Below, piece by piece: positions 1 through 13,699 of a stretch of DNA of 64,000 nucleotides. A program made the translations under genes and the position numbers. The DNA lies in assembly GCA_964016885.1 (NCBI GenBank), contig OZ024741.1:185752001-185816000 (forward strand), in the 5' to 3' direction. The notes beneath the pieces were generated by a model that was not told the DNA's origin, did not search any database, and worked only from the letters and a program-made list of their open reading frames with translations. The stretch is from Eledone cirrhosa. Lineage: Eukaryota. How positions within the stretch are numbered: position 1 is the first letter of the stretch; every line of letters starts with the position of its first letter.

Positions 1-2256
1 CCTTGCATTCAATTCCGTTCTTAAGATTGCTCTTACTCTGCGGTAACATTCCTTCCTTATCCTTTCCCTCATTGTCGAGTGCTTGATTCCGTCTCCTTCA
101 CAAACACCTAGATATTTGTAAGTTTTTTCTTGATCAAGTTCTCTTATCACGTTCCCCTGATCAAGATTAAATTCTGAACTCTTCAGCAGCTTTCCTCTGG
201 TGAACGTTGCTTTGGCGCATTTATCTAGTCCAAACTCCATTTTAATGTCATCACTGAACTGCTTCACAGTGGATAATAGCCCTTGCAATTGTTCATCATT
301 TTTTGCAAATAGTTTCAGGTCATCCATGTAGAACAAGTGATTAATGGTTTTGTCATAGACTCTATATCCATGTTTTGTTTCATTGAGAATTTTACTTAAT
401 GGTATAAGTGCGATGCAGAATAAAAGCGGTGTTAAAGAGTCACCCTGAAAAATGCCACAATTAATATTAACTTGTCCAGCTTCCAGTGATTTTGTTTCAC
501 TATTCAAAAGGAGTGTCGTTTTCCATGTCTTCATACTGAATGACAAAAACCTCCTGACAACGGGGGATATTTTGAAAATCTCTAAACATTTTTCAATCCA
601 ACTGTGTGGCAAACTATCGAATGCTTTTTTATAATCTCTCCAAGCAATTGATAGATTTTTGTGTCTATTATGACAATCTTCCAGTATCATTTTGTTAACC
701 AAAAGCTGATCCTCACAGCCATATGAGCCTCGCTTACACCCCTTCTGCTCAATGGGAAATAGGTCATTTGTTATCAGGTGGTCATATGTATATTCAGTTA
801 TGACTGATGTTAAAATTTTATACATTGTGGTCAAGCAAGTTATTGGTCTGTAATTTTTGGGATTGTTTGTATCATCGTTCTTCGGAAGCAGGAATGTAAT
901 GCTGTTAACTAGCCATGATGGTATCTTTTCTGGCTCCTTAACTATTTCATTGTAAAGTTGGGCTAACAGCTCATGAGACTCTGTGAAGGCATTTATCCAC
1001 AAGTTTTGTATTTTGTCTTTTCCTGGGGATTTCCATTTGCTGGTTTTTCTTAGAGCCAAGCGCAACTGTTCAACTGTTATATTTTCCCATGTTTGTTCCT
1101 CAAGGTGAGCTGTATCTTTCATTTGTCTGTCTATCCATGGGGCATGTATGTTATGAACTTTTTCTTCGGCCCAGATCTTTTCCCAGAATTCTTGCACTTC
1201 CTCCTTGGGTGGTATTGATTTAGCAGTTATTGTTGACTTACCAATTTTTCTGTAGAAGTTTCTTTGGTTGTTATTGAACATATTATTGTCCTCATAGAAT
1301 CTAGATCGTTTTTCAAAGCGCCTTATACGAGCAGCTTTGGCCGACACTTTTTGCTTGATTATTTCTATCAGCATGTCTATGTCACATGTTGATTTTATAC
1401 TGTACTTTTTTTTCAATTTTCTAAGTTTAGTTTGTTTAACATGTTCACCTACTTTATAGTTTGTTAAAATTTCTATGTCAGATCGGAGAAGGTTTATTTG
1501 GCGATTGATGTTCTCTTGCCAAGTAGATTTCTTGTGGAAATTCCTTTGTCTTTTCATCTTCACTCCACATAAGTGAGTGGTGACTTTAGCCGATGCATAA
1601 TAGAGATGATTTAAATCAGTAATGTTTAGTTTGTTTGTGATGATAATGTTTTTGAGAATTATGTTAGTCTTGTGTATTATCTTTTGGTTCTGTTTGGAGT
1701 TCTGGATCTTAGAGAGGGTATCTCGTTGCCCCATGTCAGAGTCTTTTATTTTCATCCATTCGATCATAATTTGATCCTTCAAGTTGGCAAGTTCATTTTC
1801 ATTCATTTCTTTATCATTTACGATCTCATTATATTCATTTGGAGTTTCATCCTGAGCATGCACTCCCTCCACTTTTTCGATCCTTTCTTTAATTTTTTCT
1901 GTTGCCAGTGATTCCGCCCCAACCCTGGGATTCGAAGTGTTACAGTTTACCTCGTTTTCACTGACACATGTTTCATTTTCCCTTCGCTGACTTTGTGCTA
2001 ATAGCTTGATCTGATCAATTTCTATATCAGTTAGTAACTTTTTTCTTACAATATTTCTTCGTATATTGGCTAGTTTGTTGCTGTCAATATAGCCTCTGTT
2101 TTCGGGATGTTTCTTTTTCCAGTTGATATATATCTGTTCTGTATTCGATGTATTTGATGGGTAGTACATGGCAGTGTAGAAAGCCTCAAGGACTTCTTTA
2201 TTATCTTCCCTTGACCATTTTCTCTCTTTTTCTTTGGATTTCTTGGTGGTGAGCAT
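1..2256 (-). mobile_element. R4/Dong-clade non-LTR retrotransposon ORF (N-terminal region plus RT), running off the window start
   Basis: ATG at 2256: MLTTKKSKEKERKWSREDNKEVLEAFY... Same frame at 456 gives GIFQGDSLTPLLFCIALIPL, then FYMDDLKLF. The ORF track lists no terminated minus-strand ORF here, consistent with no stop. Its 5' end abuts a (TAA)n tract. Confidence 0.9.
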
Positions 2257-2265
2257 GGAGGGCCA

Positions 2266-2268
<3 letters not shown>

Positions 2269-2341
<73 letters not shown>

Positions 2342-5300
2342 GTTATTGTTATTCCTTGAATCTCAGTCATTGATGTTGGTTAACTGGAAAGTCCGTTGGA
2401 TTGAATATCAAGCCACTACCTGCAGCCTCAGATATTCAGGACGTATCGGAGGGTTCTTGCTGTTCCAAGCAAGCATGCCTTTTGAAGCGTTCCAAAAAGC
2501 GTGAAGGGGCCGATTTTCTTTAACCATCCCTGGAAACTTTTGGAGATAGTCCCCAGTGCGCCTATGACAATCGGGATCACTTTGACTTCATGGCAGTTCC
2601 AAATCCTTTTCACCTCCCACTTTAGGTCCTGGTATCGGTTAATTTTCTCCCTCTCCTTCTCTTGCACTCTCGTGTCGAACGGGCAGGCCACATCCACAAT
2701 CAGGCACGATCTTTTTTCTTTGTCCACAACCACCAGGTCAGGTCTATTGTGTTCCAGTTTTTTGTCCGTCTGTATCCTAAAATCCCACAGCACCTTCACC
2801 TGATTGTTCTCCATCACCGCCTCTGGCCTATGCTCATACCATTTCTCAGAATGTGGTAGATTGTTTACTTTGCACAGGTGCCAGTGGATCACCCTGCCCA
2901 TCACATCGTGTCTCCAGCCCTTATAGTGGGTCTGGGCTAGGTGTTTACACTCGGACACAATGTGAGCCACAGTCTCCTCTCTCTCTCCACAGATCCTGCA
3001 CAGTGGGCTAGCCTCCTCCTTGTAGATATGGTGCTTCAACCACTTCGTTTTGAGGGCCTGCTCCTGCGCAGCCATTAGCATTCCTTCTGTAGCCTTTTTG
3101 AGGTCTCCTCTTCTCAACCAGTTCCATGTCTGTGGATCTCTAAATTCAGTTTTCTCAAAGAAGGTACTATGAAGGGATTTTCCCTTAAGGCTGCTCTTCC
3201 TCCTTGATGTTATTTCCTCCCTGGACATCCCCTGGCCTACTGTCCCCTCCTTCAGTACAGTTCTGAGCATTGGCTCCTTACTATAGGTCACGTATTTGTA
3301 TAGGTTGTTTTTCTCCATCTGAACACAGTCCTCTATGCTGATAAGCCCTCTTCCACCCTCAGATCTCCTTAGGTAGAGTCTATCGACATCACTCCTCTTG
3401 TGGAACATGTTGTAGATAGTCAATAGCTTCCTAGTCTTCCTATCCATTTCTTTTTGTTCAGCAACATTCCATCTCAGAATTCCCGCACTGTACCTAATAA
3501 TAGACACAGCTCGGGAATTTACTGCGCTTATGGCATTTCTGCTGTTCAGATGTGACTTCAATACGCTCCTTACTCTCCGAATGTATTCAGTTCTTAACAA
3601 TTCCTTCATTTTTTTGTTCTTTATGCCATCAGCCTCCAGAAGGCCCAAATACTTGTATCCTTCCTCAGAGTCAATTTCCTTTATCATCTCACCTGTTGGT
3701 ATCTGGATCCCGTTACTTCTGCTCAACCTACCCCTCTTCATCACAATGACTCCACATTTACCAATACCAAACTGCATACATATATCACTGCTGAAAATAC
3801 GGACAGTGTCAACAAGCACATCCAACTCCTTCTCACTTTTCCCGAAGAGCTTAAGATCGTCCATGAAGAGGAGGTGATTGATGGTAAGCTCTCCCCTTCC
3901 CAACTTGTATCCTGCTCTCACTTTTCGCAGCATAATGGTCAAGGGCATCAGGGCAAGGACAAACAACAGAGGGGACAGGCTATCTCCCTGGAAGATACCT
4001 CTCTTGATCTTCACGCTTCCCAAGGATACTCCAGTTGATGTCAACTCTGTCTCCCAGGACCCCATACTCCTGCCTAGCAACTAGCTGATGTTATCTGCCA
4101 CCCTGAAGATCTCCAGGCTTTGGTGATCCAGGAATGAGGCACCATGTCAAATGCCTTTCTGTAGTCTATCCATCCCATGGCAAGATCAGTGTGTCTCCTC
4201 CTGCAATTCCCCATTACCATCTTATCAATAAGCAACTGGTCCTTTGTACCACGTGACTTCTTTCGGCATCCTTTCTGTTCGTCCGGTAACAAGTTGTTTG
4301 TGTGGAGGTGATGGTAGATTTCCTCAGACACAATGCTCGTCAACAGTTTCCACATTACGGGCAGACATGTGATAGGTCTATAGTTGGTAGCATCATTACC
4401 CTTGATTCGGTCTTTCATTATCAGAACTGTGGTACCTTTTGTCAACCACTCTGGCACCTCACCCGACACCAAGCAGTCATTGAACATGGCCGTCAGCTTC
4501 GGGTGGAGGGATGTTAAATGTTTAATCCAATACCCCTGCACACCATCTGGGCCTGGTGATTTCCAGTTGGTTAGTTTTTTGGCTTGCCCCTTAAGAGTTT
4601 CAACTGTGATACTCAAATCAGTCTGTTGCTGTGCCTGCTCACCGATCTCCCTCTGTACTGTCTCAATCCACCCTGCCTGGGCATTGTGTCTAACATCCTG
4701 CTCCCATATTCCTCTCCAGAATGTTTTAGTTTGTTCCGCCCCAGGGATCAAGTCGTTGCCTCTTTCTTTGCCCTCAAGCTGTCCAAACAGCATCTTCTGG
4801 TTGTTGTCGAACATGCGGTTCTGTTTATACTGACTGACTCTGTTCTCGTATCGCCTGATTTTGGCACTCTTTGCTACAATGCGTTGCTTCAATTCCTCTA
4901 TGATAATATTTAGCTTTTTACTCCTAGTTTTGTATTTTATTTCCAGTCTATTTTTAGTGCCTATGTTTTTTAGTGTCCCATTCAGTAGTGACTCAAGCTT
5001 TCCTATGTCATTTCTCATTTCCCCGATTTGCCCACTCAGTCGCTTCTTCCACCACGGCTCTGCTCTTTCTTGTCTGTTGTTTCCTCTCGCTTTTATACCA
5101 AGTAGTTTCCTCACCGTATTTGCTGTTGCTCTGAGGATATTGTTGCACTGGTGAAGGCTCCTCGCCTCAAGGTATGGGATGACTTTGTTTACCTTAGCTG
5201 TTGTTTCTTTTAACTTTTTTCTGTCTACAAATCTTAGGTTCATAGGTCTCCCACTATCATTGTTCAATTCATCTACCACTAAATTTAGGATGTCAACCGA

Positions 5301-5950
5301 ATCTTGTCCTAGCCCGTCAGCATTCATCTCCTCAGTGGCCGTATCTCTGTTCCAGGTATTATTTATCTCAGTACTCAGATCATTGTCTGCTTCGGGTGGT
5401 TCCTCCGTTCTCAGGACCTCCTCACCTTCATTTCCCACCGGCTCGCTTGTCTGGCATACTACACCCGCTATCTCCAAGCCATTCTCTCTGCTCAGTTCCT
5501 CCAGTTCCAGCTCGCTTATCCACCCATTAGTTCTTATTACCCGAGCCTGCCCGGCCAATTTTTGTTCATCTAATTTAAACAAACCAATCTCGTTCCAGAT
5601 GTTATGCATCCGTCTCCTGTAGCCCCTCTCCTTGGGGTTACTTTTCAGGTAGCATTGCATAACAGTTCTATTCAATTCTTTCGTCCAGTTGGTTCTGGCC
5701 CCTTTCCTTCTTCTCCTTCCTCCAACATCAGCAGTATTTGGTTGACAGTCAGGTTCCTGCTGCTGAGCCAGGGGGCACCTGTTGGGTGAGAGTCTGTCAC
5801 ATGACGTTCTAGTCTCCATTTCACCGTTATTCGAACTGTTTATGTTCGATATTTAAACACTCTTATCGAGGATTGGCGAATGTATGTTTACATAGCCATC
5901 TGTGGATCCGCCATCCCACTTGGCCCTTGTGTGGCATTATCACCACGCTG
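2269..5950 (-). mobile_element. Near full-length R4/Dong-clade element (RT, CCHC finger, restriction-like endonuclease), inactivated
   Basis: ORFs 4074-5819 and 2428-4080: NYRPITCL, QKGC, WIDYRKAFDMVPHSW, GIFQGDSLSP, FMDDLKLF, CRICGEREETVAHIVSEC, RHD, RPDL..VD, EK..RY. A 1-nt deletion near 4130 and an in-frame TAG at 4081-4083 split the ORF. (TAA)n 3' tail at 2269-2354. Confidence 0.93.
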
Positions 5951-5989
5951 TATACGAACACACATACACAAACAAACACACAGGCAGAA

Positions 5990-6800
5990 AGGGCCCCAAA
6001 AATGAATAAGCCTAAGTTTCATTGTAATGTAGTGTTCGAATGTCTGACTTAGTTTTAGTTTTTTAAGTTTTACTTTTCCCCCCCTCTTCTCTGTCCGTCC
6101 GCCTGCTTCTCTCTTCATTCTTATTTTCTTTACGTTTTGGGGGTTTCTTTTTTTGTTTTTGTTTTTCTCTGTTTGTTTTTCTCGTTTTTTGCTGTTGTTG
6201 CTGTGCTGCTTTGGTTTTGTTGTTTGTTTTTTCTTTTTTCTTTTGAGTCTATCTATATATTTTGATGCCTTCCTCTTTGTTAGTAGTAGGAATTCTATAA
6301 TGTGGAAGTAGCAGCCAGCAGGGGGAAGTGGGAGACTGGCGGCGGTAGCGATACTGGGACAGTGGTGGTGGTGATGTCGATACCGAGGCAGTGGTGGCGG
6401 TGATGTGACCGTATTACTGTAGTGATGGTGCTGTAGCGGTGGCAGTAGTGAAGGAGTCAAGGGGTGGTGGCGGCGGTGATGGGATAGTGGTGGTAATGAT
6501 GGCCGTAGTGAGCGGTGAAGGTGAAGGTCAAAATGTCGTTATCTGGCTGTTGTGTTTAGTGTACACAGATGATGGGGTGGGTGGTGTATCTAGTTTCTGG
6601 TGTTGGTGAGTTTAGCTGTCCTATATAGTGTAGCCAGAGGAGAGGAGGGGGGGGGTTCTTCTTCCATTTATAGCCATTTTCTTTTTTGGATATACAGTGT
6701 ACAATACAAAGTTGAATATTTGAATATTTGAGCCTTATAACAATATATTTTGGGTCCGAATTTTTTGGGGCTCAAGCCGGGTGCTTTACGTAGCATTTGT
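5990..6800 (-). mobile_element. Degenerate L1/Tx1-like ORF1 or 5' region
   Basis: Pro/Thr-rich then Lys-rich low-complexity coding remnant, similar in character to 7700-10360. No diagnostic motif. Confidence 0.3.
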
Positions 6801-6921
6801 ACTAAGAGTTGTTATTTCACAAATGATTTAAATATGTTAAAAATTCAAAACTTACGGGAGCGATTTCATGACCTCCGTCACCTCGTGCGTCTTCTTCCCT
6901 TATTCCGTGCGTCTTCTTCCC

Positions 6922-7444
6922 TTATTATTATTATTATTATTATTATTGTTATTGTTATTGTTATTCCTTGAATCTCAGTCATTGATGTTGGTTAACTGGA
7001 AAGTCCGTTGGATTGAATATCAAGCCACTACCTGCAGCCTCAGATATTCAGGACGTATCGGAGGGTTCTTGCCGTTCCAAGCAAGCATGCCTTTTGAAGC
7101 GTTCCAAAAAGCGTGAAGGGGCCGATTTTCTTTAACCATCCCTGGAAACCTTTGGAGATAGTCCCCAGTGCGCCTATGACAATCGGGATCACTTTGACTT
7201 CATGGCAGTTCCAAATCCTTTTCACCTCCCACTTTAGGTCCTGGTATCGGTTAATTTTCTCCCTCTCCTTCTCTTGCACTCTCGTGTCGAACGGGCAGGC
7301 CACATCCACAATCAGGCACGATCTTTTTTCTTTGTCCACAACCACCAGGTCAGGTCTATTGTGTTCCAGTTTTTTGTCCGTCTGTATCCTAAAATCCCAC
7401 AGCACCTTCACCTGACTGTTCTCCATCACCGCCTCTGGCCTATG

Positions 7445-7489
<45 letters not shown>
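6922..7489 (-). mobile_element. 5'-truncated copy (about 490 bp) of the 2269-5950 element, flanked by (TAA)n on both sides
   Basis: 6965-7449 is nearly identical to 2355-2837. TAA tracts at 6922-6964 and 7448-7489. Confidence 0.95.
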
Positions 7490-10400
7490 GGCGACCTACG
7501 TAGGAAATCGTGTTATCGTGAGCTCCGCAAAGGTTTGTTGTTTTCAGTTGTTTCAAATTGCCAGTTATGGTAAATTGTGGTTGTTAAGTGTTTATAAGTT
7601 CACATATATTGCTTTCGGAAAAGGACACAAAACATGTTGGAGCCTTGATCCCAAAATTTCAACTTTTTATTTATCAAACAAATATTTCTTTGAAAAAAAA
7701 TACATGGACGACAAATTTACTGTTTTTAACAGACCACCACCACCCTCCCCCACCACCACCAACATCATTGTAAGCCTTGCTACGGTTCCTAACGCTGAAA
7801 ATATAATTAATGGCAGTCTGAATTATTTAGAATTGCCGCATAAAGACATGGATTTCCCGCCATTACCAATAACTGCAGGTGTCAACGCCGCCGCCCCACC
7901 ACCACAATGTCAAAAAGAACAACGAACACCACTGATACCACCACTACCACCACCACAGCGACAACAGAAACCAAATAAATTATTATCTCGTGACATCGAA
8001 ATGGATTCACCCAGAATCGACTCTCCCACGCCGAACACCACTGACACCACTACCACCTCCACCACAAGTGAAACTAAAAATAACAATAACAAATAACAAC
8101 CGCAACAACAACAACAATGAGAATAACAACATCAACACCACTGCGAAAGAAAATGTGTCGTTTGCCAAAGCAGCCAAGAAAAGCGAAACATTCGAGGTAA
8201 GCCAGGATGAATTAAATGAAACCAAGAGAATGGTAAAAAAAAGATGGGTACAGGATCAGCCAGGTTTTTCTTGCCAAAAAATATGGACAGTATACGTCCC
8301 CCATCGAAAAAAAAAATTAACCCAGCTGCCACATGACAGGCTAAAACATTGACATTACTCCCACCACCGCCATTGTGAACCTTGCTACGATTGCCAACAT
8401 GGAAGATGGATTCGCTAACAACAGCAACAGCAGCAGCAATAGCAGTCGGCAGAGTTTGTCCCGATCAGCAGAGGTGGATTTTCTACCTTTACCAATGTCT
8501 ACTGGTGTGAAAGCCGCCATCCCTGCCGCCACAATGTCGAGTAGCCCATCCAAGACCACTGATATTATCACTACCACTACCACCCCTACCACCACCACTA
8601 CAGTAACAAATGAAACAACAAAATTCTCTCGTGATGACAAAATAGATTCACTAAATTTATTAACAACATTCACCAATGTCGACAGTCAATTCGAACACCC
8701 CTGACATCTCCATCACCACCACAGCAACAACTGAAATAAAATAATAATAACAAAGAACAACAAAAGCAACAACTGCAACAATAATAATAACAAGAACAGC
8801 AATAATAACAAAAGCCACAACTGCAACAATAAGAATAATAACAACAACAACAACACCAGCGCAAAACCAAATGTGTATTTTGCGAAAGCGGTTAAACAAG
8901 AACGAAACGATTGATGTAACCCTGAAACAACTGGATGAGGCCAGGCGAATGGTGAAGAAGAATAAATACAGTGTCAACCACACTCCTCCTTCAAACACCA
9001 TGCAATATCGGCGGCTATGTACGGTAGCATACTGTACAATTAGCATGAAAACACGTCACATTGAGCGGGCATCAGAGTCCCAGATCCAAAAGATTTTGGA
9101 ACATATGTGAGTTCAGAAAAGCGACATCATACGTGGACGATGATATGGGAACGGGGATGTGTTCTTTGCAAGCACACAGGAAGCCAGAGAGCACTCGAAG
9201 GCTCCACTAAAGAGTGACAAACTCACACATGTCCCAAGTTATTGCAGACAAAGTCTCGTGAGAGTGAGGTTAACACAGATTCCGCTAGCCATAGAAATTC
9301 CCTGGCTGATGGCTGCCGTCCTCGCTGACAATGAGGACGACACAAAGTCGTAGCGGTCATAAGAATACAAAAGGAGAACTGTTCCGGATCTGAAATGGAG
9401 CTCCTTCTCCAAACAGACCAGGAAAATATCTAGGAGATTTCCCAGAGGTGATAGACCTCGATGACACCAGCCATCTCACTGTTATGGTCGAAGAAAGAAG
9501 TCCAAGGTGTGTCGTTTGTGGTAATGGAACCCACCCGAAGCCCTTCTGCCTTCAGAGAATGGCCAAGAAATTATGGCCATATCTCCTGTCTAACCCACTG
9601 GCTCAACTAGCAAAAACAACAGCCGCAACTGTAGCAGCAACGGTAGCAAGACCACCACCACCACCACTACCCACCACGTCAGAAGTAACACTAGCACCAC
9701 AACCATCCCCTACGACACAATCAACACCCACACCTATGTCAGGACATTCCACTCCCGACCTCTCACAAATGGAAACATATTGTGCCGAAAAGGATGGGTG
9801 GAAAACTATGTGTAAAAAAAAGAAACCAGAAAAGAAAGAAACCTCTTCCTTCGCACTAAAAAACAAATAAAACCAAATAAAAACGAAGTAAAAAAAGTTA
9901 AGACAGCGAAGCCAACACCACCACCACCCACACCAGCATCACCAGCCCCATCACCACAAACACCAATACCACCACTGACACCACAAAATAACACCAACAA
10001 GTGAAACAGAAAGAAACCCACACGCGAACCTCCACAAATGCAAACAACAAAACGACCAAACCGAAACACACTACACGGCAGTAAACATGAACAATAATCA
10101 AGTATTGCACTACATCCAACACAACACAAGCATTACAGAGGAAAACTACAACACACGCTCAAAATTCACACCACCCACACACATACACATCACTCGTATC
10201 TCACAGAAAACACACACAACCCTAAAAGAAACGTTCCCCAAGGACATCGGAGATTTCCAGCACACACTTTCCGAGAGGATTTACAAAGACATCCTCACAG
10301 AAAGGGCCACAATCAGTCAGAAGGACGAACAAACTATTCTTCCTCTACAAGAACTGAGGTAAGTGATCTTTTCCACCTTTTCCCGCTCTTTTTGAACATG

Positions 10401-11234
10401 GCCTTACTCAGAATAGGCAGCATAAATGCACGTGGCCTGGTGTCGTCATGGAAGCAGAGTCACCTGCATAACTACCTCAGTTCAATGAACTTATCGCTGT
10501 GCCTGGTGCTAGGCATCCCTAACTGCGTTGGAGCGTTTGCCCTTTCGTTTTTTGTGGAAAGGATGCGCTCCGATGGTCAGGCGGTCCATTTGCTGTCAAC
10601 ACCCGCTATGGGGAGGGCTGGGCATGCCGTGGCTCATGATGCCCAAATATGGGCTCAGGCTACGGCATCTCCACCTCTTACTCGACGGTGATCACGTGTG
10701 GTTACCGTTTGCTAGATGTGTTTTTCCCCAGGTCGTCTCCTTGACGGAGATGTAGTTCTGGAAGACCTAGAGGGAGCGCTTGGAGATTGGAACGACTTCA
10801 GGCGCTCACAGCCCTCGACTAATCGGGTGATGCGATCGGTGGAAACTCCACCTTGGCGTTCTATACCGGGTTAGTGGAGGGAAAGAGCGACAACGTCCTT
10901 GGGGACAGTCTGGGCGTCGACGAAAATCAACTAGCCAATCTCTTTGGGAGAACTTTCGTGCCGGGTCCCATGGACAACTTCTAGAAATCCCTGGTCTGGC
11001 AGTGCTCCCGGGGAGTTTTGCCAGTTAGGGATAAACTCTATAGGCATGAAAGTGCCGTCAGCTGGGCCTGTCCGAGATGCGCGCATGGCGACGAAACCAT
11101 CGTGCACGCAGTCGTCCAGTGCCTGAGCATTGCTGACTTGTGGGTTTATGTTGAACGTGTAGGACGGATCCGGCTATTGTAATTATTAGTGACAGTAACA
11201 GAACCTGCAGCGGTGGTGTTGGCAGTGACCACAA

Positions 11235-11269
<35 letters not shown>

Positions 11270-11600
11270 AGAGCTGTATTAAAAGCAGCAGTGACAGTGG
11301 CAGCAGGAGCAGCAGTAGCGACTGAAGCAGCAGTAGCAACAGCAGCAGCGATGACAGTGGCAAGGTCAGCAGCAGCATCAAAAAGAAACACCAGTAGCGC
11401 CATCAACAGAGCAAGTCGACCACGACAAGAACAAACAATATAACACAAACAATCAACAAATCAATGACAACGGTAACAGTTACAATAACATTAAAAAGTA
11501 ACGTCAATAAAATCAACAGCCACAACAATAACATTACATTTGCAACCATGGCTGCAAAAGCAACTGAATTATTCACCATCCAATTCGGAGCCTTTTCAAT
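7490..11600 (+). mobile_element. Decayed Tx1/L1-clade LINE: ORF1 with zinc knuckle and an internally deleted ORF2
   Basis: SFAKAAKK; CX2CX4HX4C knuckle RCVVCGNGTHPKPFC near 9505; ORF2 start MALLRIGSINARGL (APE) at 10398 jumps to the C-terminal FRFLWKG...GGLGMP and CPRCAHGDETIVHAVVQC. Confidence 0.75.
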
Positions 11601-11879
11601 TATGTTCAAGAAGCCCTTCTCTCGTTGACCTCCACATATTTCTGTTTGGTTTTGGTCATGTCAGGAATGTAGCAGTACTCACCACGCTTGCCGAATTGCG
11701 GGTTGGTGAGTCTATTTAACTCCTAGTAGTGGTGGATGGTCGTTGACTCAGAGGAGTTCATCCACCATTTTAAAAGCTCATGATATTTGTGCTGGTGGGA
11801 TCCCACTTACATTGGGGAGCCGGTTTAGTCACCGATTAATTGACTAATAAAGATGACCATTTGACACAAGTAAGCAGCT

Positions 11880-12900
11880 TAATTAAGCTGCACAACACAT
11901 GAGTCAAAATAGCAGTACTGCGCGAAGTCTTGGCGGTAACGGAAAAAAATATACTGATCTACAGAGAAATTTCTATAAAATGGACACCACCAGAAGTAGC
12001 ATCACTAAGTGAGTGTGAAAGAGTGCTGAAAATTATTATGCCCAATGTAGATATTAGAATTACAGCAAAGATTAAGCGGGCCTTTCAGTCCTATTCAAAA
12101 CCAAAGCTCTGCCTGTCAAGCATTGCGTTTGTCTCCATTCGAATATACTCGTTTGTATTATACCCTTCGTACCAAGGAAGCAGAATTGTAAAGATCAAAA
12201 TCACCTGAATTGTAAAGGTGAAAATCACCGTCAGGATTGGAAATCTGGTGCATCCTGGCCTGCGTTGAACGAGAGAGTAGGGACACCCTCGTGCAAGTCG
12301 GCCGCACCAAGAGGAGACACTGGTCGGAGATATGTTTAGAGATCCTCCTATATATCTCACCAGAAATTTAGAAAACATGCCTGACTTCACTCAACTACCT
12401 GATGGTGTGCTTCTAAAGGTGGTCATTCGGAGCAAAAATCTACGATTGTCATTTATGCGGGGAGACAAACCACATGAGAGCTTTCCGATCTTAACAGAAA
12501 TGAGGCACAACAAGGCCCCATTGCTGTTAATACCAGGAGCCCTAAACCCACAACAACAACGGTGGCACCAACGTATGTAGCAGTAGCAACATCAACATCT
12601 GAAGCAGCAACACCAACACTAGAATCAAATACACCAACACTACCACTAATAGGAACAGCAAAAGTACCAGGCCCAGCAAAGTCAACAATACCAGAAAGAG
12701 TAGCCACAGAATCACAACCATCACCAGGAGCAACAGCAAAAATTGTAAAAATCACCTAGAGGGGACTTCCAACTCAGCTCTCCCTCTCCTCTTTCAAACA
12801 CACACACACACACACACACAATCACAACCAAAACATCCTTGTGCGTCAAATGAGTCAGGCACAGAAACGTCACTTCTCGTAGTGAGAAAGAGGTGTTACC
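11880..12900 (+). mobile_element. Degenerate LINE ORF1-like remnant
   Basis: Fragmented frames (PSYQGSRIVKIKIT, LPDGVLLKVVI) resembling the ORF1 at 9100-9600. Confidence 0.4.
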
Positions 12901-13699
12901 TCTATCCATATTTCTGATCTTATGTCTATGTAAGAAATTATTATTAGTTGTTTTTGAATAGACAGTTGTAAAAGCGTCATTTTCATTAATATCATTAGAA
13001 TCAATATTGGCAACAGCAATAGTAGCAACAGCACCAACATCAGCAACAGCTGTAGCACGAACAACAGTAACGATATCAGTGGTGATAGTTTTAAATATTG
13101 TAGCAGCCTGTTTTAGAATCACGCATGTTTACATTTTAAGCATTAGTGGTTGAAGGTGAAATGGAGAGAAGTAAATCGTTAGATCATTTTTCTCGTGGGA
13201 GTGATTCATATGTTCGTTTTAATGAGGAAGTTTCGAATAAGAAAAGAACAAGAGATTTTTCGAAACGATTTCTGTCGAATTGAACGTCACATCATAAACG
13301 TGACAAACACGGTGAAAGTTTTCAATAACTAATTAAAAAGTTTTAATCCAATTTCAAACACACAGCACACCTGCTAAAATGTATTTATTCTTTATTCATT
13401 TAATTTTTATTCAATCATATATCATTGCAACTGAAAAGGAAAACACATGGACTTCAAAGACTAGATCGAATGAAATGTATAAAATATAGAAAATATATGT
13501 AGTTCACGAAAACATAATCTATGGTTTTCTAATATATTTCATCATGCGTTTGTCTCACGCCAAAGATCACCTACTCCGATGACCAAGGAAAATATGACAT
13601 TAGACTAATAAAGATGTTATTGCTTGATATCGACTTGGTGTCGTGATCTTTCCACTAGATTCAAACGATTCCGAGGCTGAACAGCATACGTTAAAGGTA

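Noticed and set aside
4074-4135. Programmed frameshift or two-ORF organisation
   Set aside because: The break is inside the RT, with both a 1-nt deletion and a TAG; R4-clade elements have a single ORF, so this is decay.
2501-5789. Plus-strand ORFs overlapping the Dong element
   Set aside because: Antisense shadows of the RT ORF.
5820-5960. HDV-like ribozyme in the Dong 5' UTR
   Set aside because: Hairpins are present, but the nested double pseudoknot could not be fitted by eye.
6884-6926. 21-bp direct repeat as TSD of the truncated Dong copy
   Set aside because: Both copies lie on the same side of the insertion.
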